Assembly (NCBI GenBank): GCA_965223335.1 | Contig: OZ244991.1 | Span: forward strand, 1,088,001-1,152,000 | DNA from: Thermodesulfobacteriota bacterium | Lineage (GTDB): Bacteria; Desulfobacterota_D; UBA1144; Nemesobacterales; UBA2774 | Reading direction: 5' to 3' | Length of the DNA stretch: 64,000 nucleotides | Part shown: piece after piece, positions 30,762 to 41,778 of the stretch | Layout of the letters: each line of letters starts with the position of its first letter | Position numbering within the stretch: position 1 is the first letter of the stretch | The notes under the pieces: generated by a model | Told to the model about the DNA's origin: nothing | What the model saw: the letters and a program-made list of their open reading frames with translations, nothing else | Database searches by the model: none | Made by a program: the position numbers and the translations under genes

Positions 30762-30837
30762 GTGATATAATTATGCAGTCGGTACCAGTAAAATAGTTAG
30801 ATTATCTAGAGCTTTAGATCTCAAGAGGAACTCTTAG

Positions 30838-33402
30838 GTGAAAGACGAGAGAAAGACGAAAAAACAGCTTATAGAAGAACTGGACGGTTTGAGATCTAAG
30901 CTTTCCGAACTCGATAAACTTGCCAAGAAAAACAAGTACGAAGAGATCATTGAGTCCATAACCGGCAGTGTTCATAAATCGATAGATGTAGAAGAGGTCT
31001 ATCATAATGCCGTTGCGGTTATAAAAGATAATATAGATAGGGCCCACAATGTATCAGTGTATATGATCGAGGGCACGGATGCAGTGCTAAGGGCCTATGA
31101 AGGCTACCCGGACTGGTTCATAGAAAAAGTAACCAGGATACCTCCACCGAAGGGTTTCACGTGGAAAGTACTCTCAGAAGGCAAGCCGATATACTGTTCC
31201 GACGTGGATAAAGACAATGTAATAGGCGCGTTTGGTAAAAAGGTCGGCACCAAGAGTTATGCATCATTGCCGATTAAGTCCGGGGGCAAGACCGTGGGCT
31301 GTATAAATATCAATTCATACGATGAGGACTCATTTGACACTGATGAGATCAAGTTGTTTGATTTGGTTGCAAGACACATTGAACAAGCCATAGACAACGC
31401 ACGTCAAGCAGAGGAAATACGGAGTGCACGTGATGAGTTTGAGCAGAGGGTTAAGGACCGCACTTCTGATTTAGAGTTGGCAAACGAGACCCTGCAGGCG
31501 GAGATAGCAGAGCACAAACGTACCGAGAGCCTACTAAAAGAGACCCAAGAGCGTTACATCACATTAATCGAAAATGTATTCGATCTTATCATCGAGATCA
31601 CCATCACCGGTGAGATCCTCTACGCCAGCCCCAAACACGAAGAGGTGCTCGGGTACACAGCAGAGGAGATGATCGGTCAAAATTCCCTCGAGTACGTCCA
31701 CCCCGACGATTTCTCAGTTGTTATGCAGGTTTTTCAAAAGGCTATTATCGAGCTTAAGTCTGTGCAGACCACCGTTTATAGGTGCAGGCACAAAAGCGGT
31801 ATGTGGCGTTGGTTAGAGAGTTCCGGGCGTCCGTTCCAGTCGGTTGATGGCGATGTGCGCGGGGTGATAGCATCGCGCGATATTACCGAACGCAAACTGG
31901 CAGAAGAAGCGCTTGTGATGGAGCGCGAACGACTCGAGGTCACGATGGGGAGTATTAGTGATGGGATTATACTGATTGATTCCGAGAACCGCATCCTCCT
32001 TTCCAATGAAGCCGGGAAATCTAACCTCAAGAAACTTACGACTGCTAAAACCGGCGATGTAATAAATGAACTGGGCGGCCACCCCATAGATCAGGTGTTA
32101 GCGCCTAAAGCAAACGGTGAGATAAACAATGATCTCGAGGTTTCGGGTCCAACACCTATGGTAATCAACATCATCGGCTACCCGACTAAAATGGGTAAAG
32201 AGAGCACTGGTTTGGTGCTTAGCATCCGCGATATCACAGAAGAGAAACAAAGACGCGATCGCATAGAAACCCAAGGCCGTTTGGCAGCCGTGGGTCAACT
32301 GGCTGCCGGTATTGCACATGATTTTAACAACGCACTTACTACTATTTTGGGGTTCTCGCAGATAATTCAAAAAGACGAAGCCACATCATCAAAAAACCGG
32401 GAGTTTCTGGAACTGATAATAGAGCAGGGCCATAGAGCAAGCCAGCTTGTACACCAGATTCTGGATTTCAGTCGACAGTCTGTGTCTGAGCGCCAGCACA
32501 TGGACCTAGAGATGTTTTTGAGAAAGAACGTAAACCTGCTCGAGCGCACAATACCCGAGAACATCAAAGTCACAGCAGATTTTACCACTGGCAATTACTG
32601 GACCTCTGCCGACACCACACAGATTCAACAGGTAATAACCAACCTTGCGCTAAACGCACGGGATGCTATGCCCGAGGGTGGAGAGCTTGTGCTCAAGCTC
32701 GATAAATTTAACCTCGAACTCGACTCCAAGCCCCCGATAGCCGATATGCCTATTGGCGAGTGGATAATGTTCTCTGTCTCGGATACAGGATGTGGTATAG
32801 AGGCCGACAAGTTGCCGCGAATATTTGAGCCCTTTTTCACAACCAAGAGTGTACGCGAGGGTACCGGGCTCGGGCTTGCACAGGTCTACGGCATCATCAA
32901 GCAGCACGACGGGTTTATCGATGTTGAGAGCAAAGTAGATGTAGGCTCTACATTTACCATATATATTCCTGCGACCTCACTCGATGACGCTATCAAATCC
33001 GAAACACCCAAGAATGAAGATATTGTTTATGGCAGGGGAGAGCGGATTCTCCTCGTAGAGGATGAACCAACATTGTTGCAGACCACAAAGACAATGCTCG
33101 AGACTCTGGGCTATGAGATTGTAACGGCTGCCAACGGGCAACAGGCACTAAAGATCTACAACTCACGCCCCGATGATATCGAGCTTGTGATCTCCGATAT
33201 GGTTATGCCCGAGATGGACGGTGTTTCGTTGTTCGAGTCATTAAAAGAGGCCAACAGTGATGTGAAGGTGCTTCTTACCACCGGGTATGCTGTTGGCGAC
33301 AAGGCCAAGGAGCTTCTCTCTCAGGGTGTCGTGGAGTGGATGAAAAAGCCGACCGATCTTGTTACACTTTCTAAGTCGGTAGGTAATGCGCTCGGGAAAT
33401 GA
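30838..33402 (+). CDS. Hybrid sensor histidine kinase (GAF-PAS-PAS-HisKA-HATPase-REC)
   Basis: AHDFNN H-box, NL..NARDAMP, DTGCG, FEPFFTTK, GTGLGL, receiver LLVEDE..DMVMPEMDG..KP. Confidence 0.92.
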   Translation: MKDERKTKKQLIEELDGLRSKLSELDKLAKKNKYEEIIESITGSVHKSIDVEEVYHNAVAVIKDNIDRAHNVSVYMIEGTDAVLRAYEGYPDWFIEKVTRIPPPKGFTWKVLSEGKPIYCSDVDKDNVIGAFGKKVGTKSYASLPIKSGGKTVGCININSYDEDSFDTDEIKLFDLVARHIEQAIDNARQAEEIRSARDEFEQRVKDRTSDLELANETLQAEIAEHKRTESLLKETQERYITLIENVFDLIIEITITGEILYASPKHEEVLGYTAEEMIGQNSLEYVHPDDFSVVMQVFQKAIIELKSVQTTVYRCRHKSGMWRWLESSGRPFQSVDGDVRGVIASRDITERKLAEEALVMERERLEVTMGSISDGIILIDSENRILLSNEAGKSNLKKLTTAKTGDVINELGGHPIDQVLAPKANGEINNDLEVSGPTPMVINIIGYPTKMGKESTGLVLSIRDITEEKQRRDRIETQGRLAAVGQLAAGIAHDFNNALTTILGFSQIIQKDEATSSKNREFLELIIEQGHRASQLVHQILDFSRQSVSERQHMDLEMFLRKNVNLLERTIPENIKVTADFTTGNYWTSADTTQIQQVITNLALNARDAMPEGGELVLKLDKFNLELDSKPPIADMPIGEWIMFSVSDTGCGIEADKLPRIFEPFFTTKSVREGTGLGLAQVYGIIKQHDGFIDVESKVDVGSTFTIYIPATSLDDAIKSETPKNEDIVYGRGERILLVEDEPTLLQTTKTMLETLGYEIVTAANGQQALKIYNSRPDDIELVISDMVMPEMDGVSLFESLKEANSDVKVLLTTGYAVGDKAKELLSQGVVEWMKKPTDLVTLSKSVGNALGK

Positions 33403-33453
33403 GTGTATGAATCTATTAGTATACTTCTATATATAAGCCTCTTAGAAATTCAA

Positions 33454-34404
33454 TTACCGTTTTAACACCAGATAAGACGCGCCCAATACCCCAGCGTCTT
33501 CACCCAGCGCACTCTTTAGAATCCCCATTTTTGCGGTATGTGATTTAAGACACCTTTTTTTAGCCTCCGAAACCATATGTTCCCAAAACATGCTGTGCGC
33601 TTTTGATACCCCGCCTCCCACAACTATAACCTCAATATTTAAGAGGTTTACAATGTTGGCTATCGCTGTGCCCAGAGCCCTACCGAATATTCTCCATATC
33701 TCTCGTGCCTCTTTATCCCCCTGCTCGGCTGCTCTTAGTACATATTTCGGTATTTCGTCATCCTCTACGTCGGCGAGCATGGAACTTAGCAGAGACTCGC
33801 TGTTATTTTTTGCGGCTTCACGCGCCAGTCTTTTTACTGCTGTAGCAGACGAATAACTTTCGAGGCATCCGTAATTGCCACAGTTGCATTTGGGTCCCTC
33901 GGGGTCGATAGTCATATGCCCGATCTCTCCCGCAGTACCCCCTTCCCCGCTCCATATACTCCCGTCCAGTATTAACCCCCCTCCCACTCCAGTACCCAGT
34001 GTTATCATCGCCATCGATCTTGTGTCTTTGCCCGCACCCCTCCACCACTCACCGAGCACAGCACAGTTGGCATCGTTTTCAATCTCTATGGGTATATCCA
34101 CATTCAGTTTGTGGACCAGAGCTTTTCTGATCGGATAGTTTTTCACACCTGCTATATTTGGCGCTTCTAAAAGAACCCCGTTTTGGGAATCTATGATAGA
34201 TGGAAAACCGATACCGATGCCCGATATTTTGTGGCTCTCGGCAATCTCCTCAATCATTGCCGTCAAATTCCCCAGCACTGCGTCTATACCCTTACTTGCA
34301 TTAGAGGGCATTTGGTAACGGTAAAGGATTCCCCCGTCTCTGTCCACCAACGCTGCTCTTAGGTTTGTGCCCCCGATATCAAATCCGATTACTTTAGTTG
34401 TCAT
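33454..34404 (-). CDS. ROK family sugar kinase (glucokinase-like)
   Basis: DIGGT, ENDAN, TLGTGVGGG, GEIGH, C.CG..GCLE. Confidence 0.92.
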   Translation of the reverse strand: MTTKVIGFDIGGTNLRAALVDRDGGILYRYQMPSNASKGIDAVLGNLTAMIEEIAESHKISGIGIGFPSIIDSQNGVLLEAPNIAGVKNYPIRKALVHKLNVDIPIEIENDANCAVLGEWWRGAGKDTRSMAMITLGTGVGGGLILDGSIWSGEGGTAGEIGHMTIDPEGPKCNCGNYGCLESYSSATAVKRLAREAAKNNSESLLSSMLADVEDDEIPKYVLRAAEQGDKEAREIWRIFGRALGTAIANIVNLLNIEVIVVGGGVSKAHSMFWEHMVSEAKKRCLKSHTAKMGILKSALGEDAGVLGASYLVLKR

Positions 34405-34569
34405 GGCAATATGATGGTTAAGTTGATTTAATCAGCAACATTGTTATTGTAGAATATCGGGGAGCGAAATAAAACAGAGAGCGGTGCTCGAGGGCAACTG
34501 GGTTATGGTATTGTAATATCTCAATTGGTTGTTAATTAGCCCGAAATAACAGGGAGGTGTTATTGTAAG

Positions 34570-35724
34570 ATGGCAAATACAGTGATAATTTCTGCGATTA
34601 GATCGCCCATCGGCCGGTATAGGGGCGGGCTAAGTGCCCTCAGACCCGAATTACTATATGCAACAGCGCTTAACGAACTCCTAGGTAAATCAGGTATCGA
34701 TGGCTCAATGGTTGATGACGTCATCACAGGTTGTGTCACACAGGTTAACGAACAGGGTGGAAACATTGGCAGGCTCTCGGTGCTCTTGTCGGATCTGCCG
34801 TCCTCGGTACCCGCAACCACGGTAAATAGGCTATGCGGCTCAAGCCAACAAGCCATTCATTTTGCCTCACAAGCCATAGAGGCGGGCGATGCGAAATTTG
34901 TGATCGCCGGGGGTGTGGAATCCATGAGCCGTGTGCCGATGTTTTCCGACATTAACGGCGACTATGAAGGTTTAACAGAGCTGCTTGCCGATCATCACGA
35001 GATTGTACATCAGGGCGAGTCCGCAGAACGGATTGCGGACAAATACTCGTTTAGCCGCGGGGATCTGGATAACTATAGTTTTATGAGCCATAAGCGTGCC
35101 GCAAGCTCTATAGAGTCCGGGTTTTATAATAACCATGTGTTCCCAATTCAGGCCCCAAACGACGAGGGGGGTAGTATGGAAGTGAGTATTGACGAGGGTG
35201 TAAGGCTCCGACCCGACCTCGAAAAAATGGCCTCTCTCTCCCCTGTGTTTAGGCCAGACGGGGTCATCACAGCCGCCAACTCGAGCCAACTTTCCGATGC
35301 CGCCGCGGCGCTGCTTTTAACAAGCGACGAGATCGCGAGTGCCCAGGGCCTTAAGCCCCTGGCTAAAATAGTGGCAAGGTGTGTGGTCGGGGGCGATCCT
35401 ACAATGCAGCTGCTCGAGATAATTCCCGCGACCACAAAGGCGCTTGAACGCGCGGGCCTCGTGTTTGAGGATATCGATGTATTCGAGGTAAACGAGGCTT
35501 TCTCCTCTGTGGCCTTGGCTTGGATTAGAGAGTTTGAGCCCGATCCGAAGAAGCTAAACCCTAATGGGGGTGCTATAGCCCACGGACATCCATTAGGTGC
35601 AACTGGAGCTATTCTAATGACCAAGCTCATCCACCAGCTTATTCGAACCGATGGTCAGTTTGGACTGCAGGTAATGTGCATCGGGCATGGGATGGCAATT
35701 GCCACCGTGGTAGAAAGGCTATGA
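34570..35724 (+). CDS. Acetyl-CoA C-acyltransferase (thiolase)
   Basis: NRLCGSS catalytic Cys, NEAF, GHPLGATG, MCIG. Confidence 0.92.
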   Translation: MANTVIISAIRSPIGRYRGGLSALRPELLYATALNELLGKSGIDGSMVDDVITGCVTQVNEQGGNIGRLSVLLSDLPSSVPATTVNRLCGSSQQAIHFASQAIEAGDAKFVIAGGVESMSRVPMFSDINGDYEGLTELLADHHEIVHQGESAERIADKYSFSRGDLDNYSFMSHKRAASSIESGFYNNHVFPIQAPNDEGGSMEVSIDEGVRLRPDLEKMASLSPVFRPDGVITAANSSQLSDAAAALLLTSDEIASAQGLKPLAKIVARCVVGGDPTMQLLEIIPATTKALERAGLVFEDIDVFEVNEAFSSVALAWIREFEPDPKKLNPNGGAIAHGHPLGATGAILMTKLIHQLIRTDGQFGLQVMCIGHGMAIATVVERL

Positions 35725-35741
35725 TTCCAAGGAGTATTTAG

Positions 35742-36656
35742 TTGGTAAAAGACCGAATTTATTGTGCCCAGGCGTCGTTATCATCAAAAGAGTCTCTTTT
35801 CGGTACAGCTCCGAGTGTGGATCTATGGTTCCTGCTGGAGTATAGGGGGCACTGGTCAAAAAGCGCTTTTGGTGACGCAAAGATTCCCAAAAAAGTAAAA
35901 CGCAGAATTAAATCCCAACTCTCCCGTCATTCAAAGACCCGACTTCAGTTAATAAAACAAACAAACCCCGATCACGACGGTATAAAGTTCTATATATGTG
36001 TGTCCGATGATTCAAAACCCCGTACTTATGAGTTCGAGGTTGCGGATTACCGAGAACTTTTATCCCTCAATCTAAAATCAATCCTAAAACACGATCACCA
36101 TTTAAGAGAAAAACCGCTAGTTTTAGTGTGCACAAATGGAGAGTATGATAAATGTTGCGGTACATACGGTGTGCCGATGTATCTGGATTTGAACCGGAAA
36201 ATCCCTGGTGATACCGTATGGCAGACCACACATATAGGAGGGCACAGGTTCGCTGCTACGTTTGTTTGCCTGCCCCACGGCATATATAACGGACACCTAA
36301 ACGATCCCACCGAGCTGGATAGAGTGGTTGAGATGTACTCACGCGGACATATAGATCCCCGATACTATCGGGGCAGATCATGCTACGACCCCTATGCCCA
36401 GGCCGCGGAGTATTATCTCCGTACAAATAGCGATATCACAGATATCGGTGCGTTTAGGTTAAAGGGGGTTAAAAAACACAAGGGGCACAGAAGAGTCAAT
36501 TTCAGATCCACCGAAGGCGACACCACCCATCAACTCACAATTAAACTCTCGAAAAAGAGTGTAAAAGTCATAAAAAACTGCGGGGACAAAAAGCCGTCAT
36601 CTGTGGGTCAGTATGAGCTAGTGAAGTACAACGAATTATCTAGGATAAAAGATTGA
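35742..36656 (+). CDS. Sucrase/ferredoxin-like (thioredoxin-like [2Fe-2S]) protein
   Basis: LVCTNG..DKCC and W...HIGGHRFA motifs. Confidence 0.85.
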   Translation: MVKDRIYCAQASLSSKESLFGTAPSVDLWFLLEYRGHWSKSAFGDAKIPKKVKRRIKSQLSRHSKTRLQLIKQTNPDHDGIKFYICVSDDSKPRTYEFEVADYRELLSLNLKSILKHDHHLREKPLVLVCTNGEYDKCCGTYGVPMYLDLNRKIPGDTVWQTTHIGGHRFAATFVCLPHGIYNGHLNDPTELDRVVEMYSRGHIDPRYYRGRSCYDPYAQAAEYYLRTNSDITDIGAFRLKGVKKHKGHRRVNFRSTEGDTTHQLTIKLSKKSVKVIKNCGDKKPSSVGQYELVKYNELSRIKD

Positions 36657-37384
36657 AAGTTAGACTCAACAAGTACCTGTCGATGTGTGGGGTGTCATCG
36701 AGAAGAAAGGCCGATGATTTAATTGCAGAGGGCAAAGTAACCATAAACGGTGAGGTGGCAAACGAGCTCGGTTGCACGGTGGATACGGAATCAGACACCG
36801 TAGAGCTAAACGGCAGATCGGTTAAGATTGAGGGCAAGAGATACATAGCGCTTAACAAGCCTAAACACTATCTATCTGCGATCGGTGCCGATAAAAAAAA
36901 ACGTACAATATCCGAGCTCATTACCGATATACCCGAGCGCGTGTATCCGGTGGGCAGACTCGATTACGATGTGGAGGGATTGTTGATCTTAACCAACGAC
37001 GGCGAGTTAACCAACAGGATTATACACCCGCGCTACGAGCTCAGTAAGCAGTACTTAGCACTGGTAAAGGGTAAGGTGAGTAAGAAAACACTGAGCGATA
37101 TGCGAAAGGGTGCAGAGCTCGAGGACGGGTTTGTGGTGCCGGATAAGATAGAGATTATGAGCCATGGGGAGAAACAGAGCTCTATATTGGTGTGGTTTCA
37201 CGAGGGTAAGAACCATTTGGTAAAACGATACTTTGCACATTTCGACCACCCTGTTGAGAAATTGAAAAGACTCTCTGTGGGCCCGGTTGAACTAGGGGGG
37301 CTTAGGTCGGGCAAGTGGCGGGAGCTAGAGAGTAGCGAGATCAATATGATTCGAGAGATGACAGGGATGAGCAGTGATAAATAG
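36653..37384 (+). CDS. RsuA/RluB-family rRNA pseudouridine synthase
   Basis: S4 domain (RLNKYL...G..SRR.AD), YPVGRLD catalytic motif, LTNDG, EGKNH. Confidence 0.92.
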   Translation: MKVRLNKYLSMCGVSSRRKADDLIAEGKVTINGEVANELGCTVDTESDTVELNGRSVKIEGKRYIALNKPKHYLSAIGADKKKRTISELITDIPERVYPVGRLDYDVEGLLILTNDGELTNRIIHPRYELSKQYLALVKGKVSKKTLSDMRKGAELEDGFVVPDKIEIMSHGEKQSSILVWFHEGKNHLVKRYFAHFDHPVEKLKRLSVGPVELGGLRSGKWRELESSEINMIREMTGMSSDK

Positions 37385-37450
37385 AGTTTTTCACAGTTAG
37401 GGGTTAGAGTAGGTCTAGCTATTTAGGACAGTTAAAAACTACAATACGAT

Positions 37451-38077
37451 ATGCTTATCACTTTTGAGGGTATAGAAGGCTGCGGTAAAAGCACTCAGGC
37501 CAGGCTTCTTTTAGATGCGCTGGTAAAAGAGGGATACAACGCCACTCTCACTCGTGAGCCGGGCTGGGGGGTGCTTGGGGAGTTAATCAGAAAAGTAATT
37601 CTAGACGAAAGAGAGCTAAGTCTCGATCCTGTGGCCGAATTGTGTCTGTTTTGCGCCGACAGAGCACAGCACGTCCGTGACTATATTATTCCATATTTAG
37701 AAAAAGGACAGATTGTAATCTGCGACAGATATTATGACTCCACCATTGTGTATCAGGGCTATGGGCGCAAGCTTGACTTAAAACTTGTGAACAAAGTTGC
37801 CAAGGCCTCCTCCCTTGGTGTCGTCCCCGACCTCACTTTCCTCTTAAATCTGCCGGTTAGAGCTGGGTTGGACAGACTCAAAAAGAGGGGCGACATAACA
37901 AAGATTGACGAGGAACCACTCGAGTTCCACGAATTAATCAGACAGGGCTATATGGTTTTGGCTAGACGCGAGCCAAAGCGTATAGTCCGGATAAATGCCG
38001 ACCGCGAGATCGGCCCCATACACAATGAAATCAATAGTATTTTGTTGAATTTTATCAAATCCCAAAATGCTTCCTGA
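37451..38077 (+). CDS. tmk: Thymidylate kinase
   Basis: ITFEGIEGCGKST, TREPG, DRAQH, CDRY..ST..YQG. Confidence 0.95.
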   Translation: MLITFEGIEGCGKSTQARLLLDALVKEGYNATLTREPGWGVLGELIRKVILDERELSLDPVAELCLFCADRAQHVRDYIIPYLEKGQIVICDRYYDSTIVYQGYGRKLDLKLVNKVAKASSLGVVPDLTFLLNLPVRAGLDRLKKRGDITKIDEEPLEFHELIRQGYMVLARREPKRIVRINADREIGPIHNEINSILLNFIKSQNAS

Positions 38078-39101
38078 CATGAAAGATATCTATTTCCATA
38101 ACATTGTTGGTCACGATGCACAGATCGAGAGTTTGATAAAAGCTCTAGGTGATAACAGGGTGTCGCACTCCTATATATTTAGCGGGCCGAGCGGAGTGGG
38201 TAAAAAACTAATTGCCCGGGATTATGCCAAGCTCCTTAATTGCTCTCGGGCAGTTCACTCTGCCGGAGACCATGCTATAACTGAGTGCGAGTGTAAATCA
38301 TGCAAGAAGATAGACAGGGGCACTCACCCCGATGTTGTAATTGTCGAGAGCCACGAGAACACGGTCATTAAGGTAGACCAAGTGAGAACAGAGATAGAAC
38401 AGAACCTATACCTAAAACCGTTTGAAGGCCGGTTTAAAGTTGTGATTGTGGACGAGTGCGAACGGATGAACCCTAACGCACAAAACGCATTCCTAAAAAC
38501 GCTCGAAGAACCGCCACCTAGCTCTGTAATTATCCTTATAACCTCGAAACCCCAGACACTCCTGCCTACGATAACTTCTCGGTGCAACACTATTAGGTTC
38601 AGCGCCCTTAGCACAGCGGGCATATCCCGGATAATCCCCGCCGAGTGGGGCCTCGCCCAGGATGAACTAAGTGTGCTCGTGCGGTTGTTCGGGGGCAGTG
38701 CGGGGGATATATTACGGTGGGGCAAAGGGATATTAGAGTTTAGAGCCGATTTAATCATGGGGATAGAACGGATCGAGCCCAACTCTCCCGGGGATCTGTT
38801 TGGGTTGGTGGAATCACTGCCTATAGGTAAGGGTGCGGAGGAAAACGAGAGGCTAAAAATCGTAATTCGTATGCTTTTACTTTGGCTCGCAGACGTAGCC
38901 AGACTCAAAATCGATCCGGATAACGTGCTTGAGCACAACCCAGACATACTGTCTGTATCAAAACGCTATGCGGATAAAAACGATCTCAACACATTGATAA
39001 ACTTACAGGCCAAATTAGAAAAAGCCGAGTATGATATATTTCTTGGCTATGCAAACAAACAGCTTACACTAGAGAGCGTTTTGTGCGATCTTACTATGTA
39101 G
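38067..39101 (+). CDS. holB: DNA polymerase III delta' subunit
   Basis: HSYIFSGPSGVGK, Zn module C.C.SC, HPD, AQNAFLKTLEEPP, TI.SRC; follows tmk. Confidence 0.92.
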   Translation: MLPDMKDIYFHNIVGHDAQIESLIKALGDNRVSHSYIFSGPSGVGKKLIARDYAKLLNCSRAVHSAGDHAITECECKSCKKIDRGTHPDVVIVESHENTVIKVDQVRTEIEQNLYLKPFEGRFKVVIVDECERMNPNAQNAFLKTLEEPPPSSVIILITSKPQTLLPTITSRCNTIRFSALSTAGISRIIPAEWGLAQDELSVLVRLFGGSAGDILRWGKGILEFRADLIMGIERIEPNSPGDLFGLVESLPIGKGAEENERLKIVIRMLLLWLADVARLKIDPDNVLEHNPDILSVSKRYADKNDLNTLINLQAKLEKAEYDIFLGYANKQLTLESVLCDLTM

Positions 39102-39163
39102 CGAGTGCAATAAGATTCACAAACCATCAATCGAATCCACTCGGTAGCCGGAGAATGTAGAGA

Positions 39164-40702
39164 ATGAATAAAACCTATTATGTCACCACTCCCATATATT
39201 ATGTGAACGATGTGCCTCACATCGGCCACGCCTACACTACAATAGCAGCCGATACTATGGCCAGGTACAAAAGGCTTTGCGGTGAAAATGTTTATTTCAT
39301 CACCGGCACCGACGAGCACGGCCAAAAGATCGAGCGGACCGCAGAGTCTAATCAGGAAACCCCCATAGAGCTTGCCGACAGGGTGGTGGAGAGGTTTAAA
39401 AACCTGTCAGGAGCACTCAACATTACTAATGATGATTTCATTCGTACTACCGAGCCCCGTCACCGCGACGCTGTAGAGGAGATATTCAAGCTCATAGAGG
39501 CCTCCGGTGATATTTATCTCGGGGAGTACGAGGGTTGGTACGACGTTAGAAACGAGGCCTTTATTACCGAGACTCAACTTGAAGAAATAAACTCAATGCC
39601 CGTAAGCACCCGCCCGCAGATAGACAAAGTAAAAGAGAGCAGCTACTTCTTTAGGCTCTCCGCATACGAGGACCGATTGCTCAAGCACTACAAAGATAAT
39701 CCCGATTTCGTTATGCCTAAAAACAGGTTAAACGAGGTAAAGAGCTTTGTAGAAGGGGGGCTAAAAGATCTTAGCATAAGCCGCACGACATTCTCGTGGG
39801 GTATACCGCTGCCAGGCAACCCCGATCATGTGCTCTATGTTTGGTTCGATGCCCTCACCAACTACCTAACCGGTGCGGGGTTCCCAAATGATCCCGATAA
39901 GTACCAGTCTCTATGGCCTGCCGACCTGCATCTGGTGGGTAAGGACATACTTAGGTTCCATGCTGTTTACTGGCCTGCGTTTTTGATGTCCGCAGGGCTC
40001 CCATTGCCACGGACGGTGTTTGCCCACGGATGGTGGACCGTGGAGGGCGAGAAGATGTCCAAGTCGCTTGGCAATGTAGTCGACCCCTACCAAGTAGTGG
40101 AAGAATTCGGGGCCGATGTGTTTCGCTACTTTTTACTGCGCGAGATACCTTTTGGGGGTGATGGTGATTTCTCCAAGAGTGCAATTATAGCCAGGGCCAA
40201 CGGTGAGCTTGCCAACGGTCTTGGCAACCTTGTGAGCAGGACTCTCGGTATGGTGGAAAGGTACTATGACGGTAAGGTCCCGGAACCGGCTCAATTCATT
40301 GATATGGATAATGAGCTAAAGGAGAGAGCGTTGGATACATACAATCAACTAAGCGGTGATATGCAAGAGCTTCTGTTCCACAAAGCGCTTACAGTAATTT
40401 GGGATTATATAGCACTGGTAAACAGGTATGTAGACGAGACGACACCGTGGGTGCTGGCAAAGGAGGGGAATACTGAGAGATTAGGTACAGTGTTATGGAC
40501 TTTAATCCAATCTATAAACTCCATCTCGCTAATGATCTACCCGTTTATACCCAATACGGCCGAGCAGATTTGGGAAAGACTCGGGCTAAGCGGTTCTTTA
40601 GAAGGCCATAATTTAGAAGATGCCAAAAAGTGGGGTCTGGTCGAGTCCGACACCTCTGTTCATAAAGGTGAAAACCTGTTTGTTAGACACGATGCCGAGT
40701 AA
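39164..40702 (+). CDS. metG: Methionine--tRNA ligase (short form)
   Basis: TTPIYYVN..PHIGH, GTDEHG, YVWFDAL, GKDI.RFH, KMSKS. Confidence 0.97.
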   Translation: MNKTYYVTTPIYYVNDVPHIGHAYTTIAADTMARYKRLCGENVYFITGTDEHGQKIERTAESNQETPIELADRVVERFKNLSGALNITNDDFIRTTEPRHRDAVEEIFKLIEASGDIYLGEYEGWYDVRNEAFITETQLEEINSMPVSTRPQIDKVKESSYFFRLSAYEDRLLKHYKDNPDFVMPKNRLNEVKSFVEGGLKDLSISRTTFSWGIPLPGNPDHVLYVWFDALTNYLTGAGFPNDPDKYQSLWPADLHLVGKDILRFHAVYWPAFLMSAGLPLPRTVFAHGWWTVEGEKMSKSLGNVVDPYQVVEEFGADVFRYFLLREIPFGGDGDFSKSAIIARANGELANGLGNLVSRTLGMVERYYDGKVPEPAQFIDMDNELKERALDTYNQLSGDMQELLFHKALTVIWDYIALVNRYVDETTPWVLAKEGNTERLGTVLWTLIQSINSISLMIYPFIPNTAEQIWERLGLSGSLEGHNLEDAKKWGLVESDTSVHKGENLFVRHDAE

Positions 40703-40810
40703 ATGTTTGCTCTATTAATAAAATGACGTAATCCATAATACACTAATAACACATCTAACATATTAGCTAATTTTATATCTGCTATTACATATATTTGTAA
40801 TTAGACAACT

Positions 40811-40934
40811 GTGCAATATATTGCACTTGCCAGTATTAATATTGCACAAAAATTTTTCCTAACTAGTTGACACTATATATTTATTAATTAATTATGGGTG
40901 GTTACAAGACCAACATTGACGGCATGAATATTGC
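40811..40934 (+). promoter_or_regulatory. Sigma54-type promoter and upstream enhancer-like palindrome of pil cassette 1
   Basis: GG-N10-GC (GGCATGAATATTGC, 40921-40934); perfect palindrome GTGCAATATATTGCAC at 40811-40826; AT-rich spacer between them. Confidence 0.7.
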
Positions 40935-40999
40935 ATGCTATTGATTAGCGTTTTAATTAGTTGAGTGTTAATTGAGCCTGTGGAGAAGGTGGTAAGAGC

Positions 41000-41743
41000 T
41001 TGCTTAAAAGCGAAGAGGGGTTCACATTAACAGAAATCCTCATGGCGCTCATGATCATGATGATCGGTTTTTTAGCCATGGCCCAGATGCAGTTCCTGTC
41101 ACTTAAGCAGGGACAGATGGCAGAATCGGGCACAGTCGCAACAAACGCCCTTCAGTTTGTAAGCGATAGGGATATGAAGGAGGCCAGGAGACTCCATCTA
41201 CTCAATGCAGCGGTCTACATAGAAGCTCAATCCGGCGCCGCGCCTGCTAGCTTATCAACTGAGTACTGCGACGGTACGCCACCCGCAAGTTGTCCCAATC
41301 CCCCTTGTGCTGACCCCTGCACAAACTGTCCATGCAACCCGCTTGAGATTATCACCCCCAACCCAACGGACGGGACCACAGAGATCACATGCGCGGCGTT
41401 AAACGAAAAGAACTTCGACCCCGATAAGATTGTGTATCGCACCACAAAAGCGCAGTGCGAAGCAGATGCAAACGACATTATTAACAACGATGCAGGACAG
41501 CCGATATATATAGTAAAGGAAGTGTCAACTGATGTAGTACAAGCTGTGGGGCAGCCCGATGTGTTTAACCTGACCATTACCTACGCCATAAAGAACATGA
41601 AACAGTTTGATAATACGGGAATAACCAGTGTTGAAATAGCGCACAGCCTAGCGAGCCAGTCCTATGTAGTAAGTGCGCACACAGACGACTGGTCGGGCTT
41701 TATACCCGGATGGAATACGGTGAACATCCCAAATGTGCCGTAG
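41000..41743 (+). CDS. pilV: Type IV minor pilin, PilV-like (copy 1)
   Basis: Prepilin site EG|FTLTE and hydrophobic helix; first gene of a V-W-X-Y1 order; TTG start. Confidence 0.75.
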   Translation: MLKSEEGFTLTEILMALMIMMIGFLAMAQMQFLSLKQGQMAESGTVATNALQFVSDRDMKEARRLHLLNAAVYIEAQSGAAPASLSTEYCDGTPPASCPNPPCADPCTNCPCNPLEIITPNPTDGTTEITCAALNEKNFDPDKIVYRTTKAQCEADANDIINNDAGQPIYIVKEVSTDVVQAVGQPDVFNLTITYAIKNMKQFDNTGITSVEIAHSLASQSYVVSAHTDDWSGFIPGWNTVNIPNVP

Positions 41744-41778
41744 TGATAAGAATGAATGGATATAAATGGGAGATATAG

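Noticed and set aside
38324..38947. Long antisense ORFs (also 1770-2276, 59111-59650, 59783-60316, 60732-61406)
   Set aside because: Shadows of well-supported genes on the opposite strand, with no recognisable motifs
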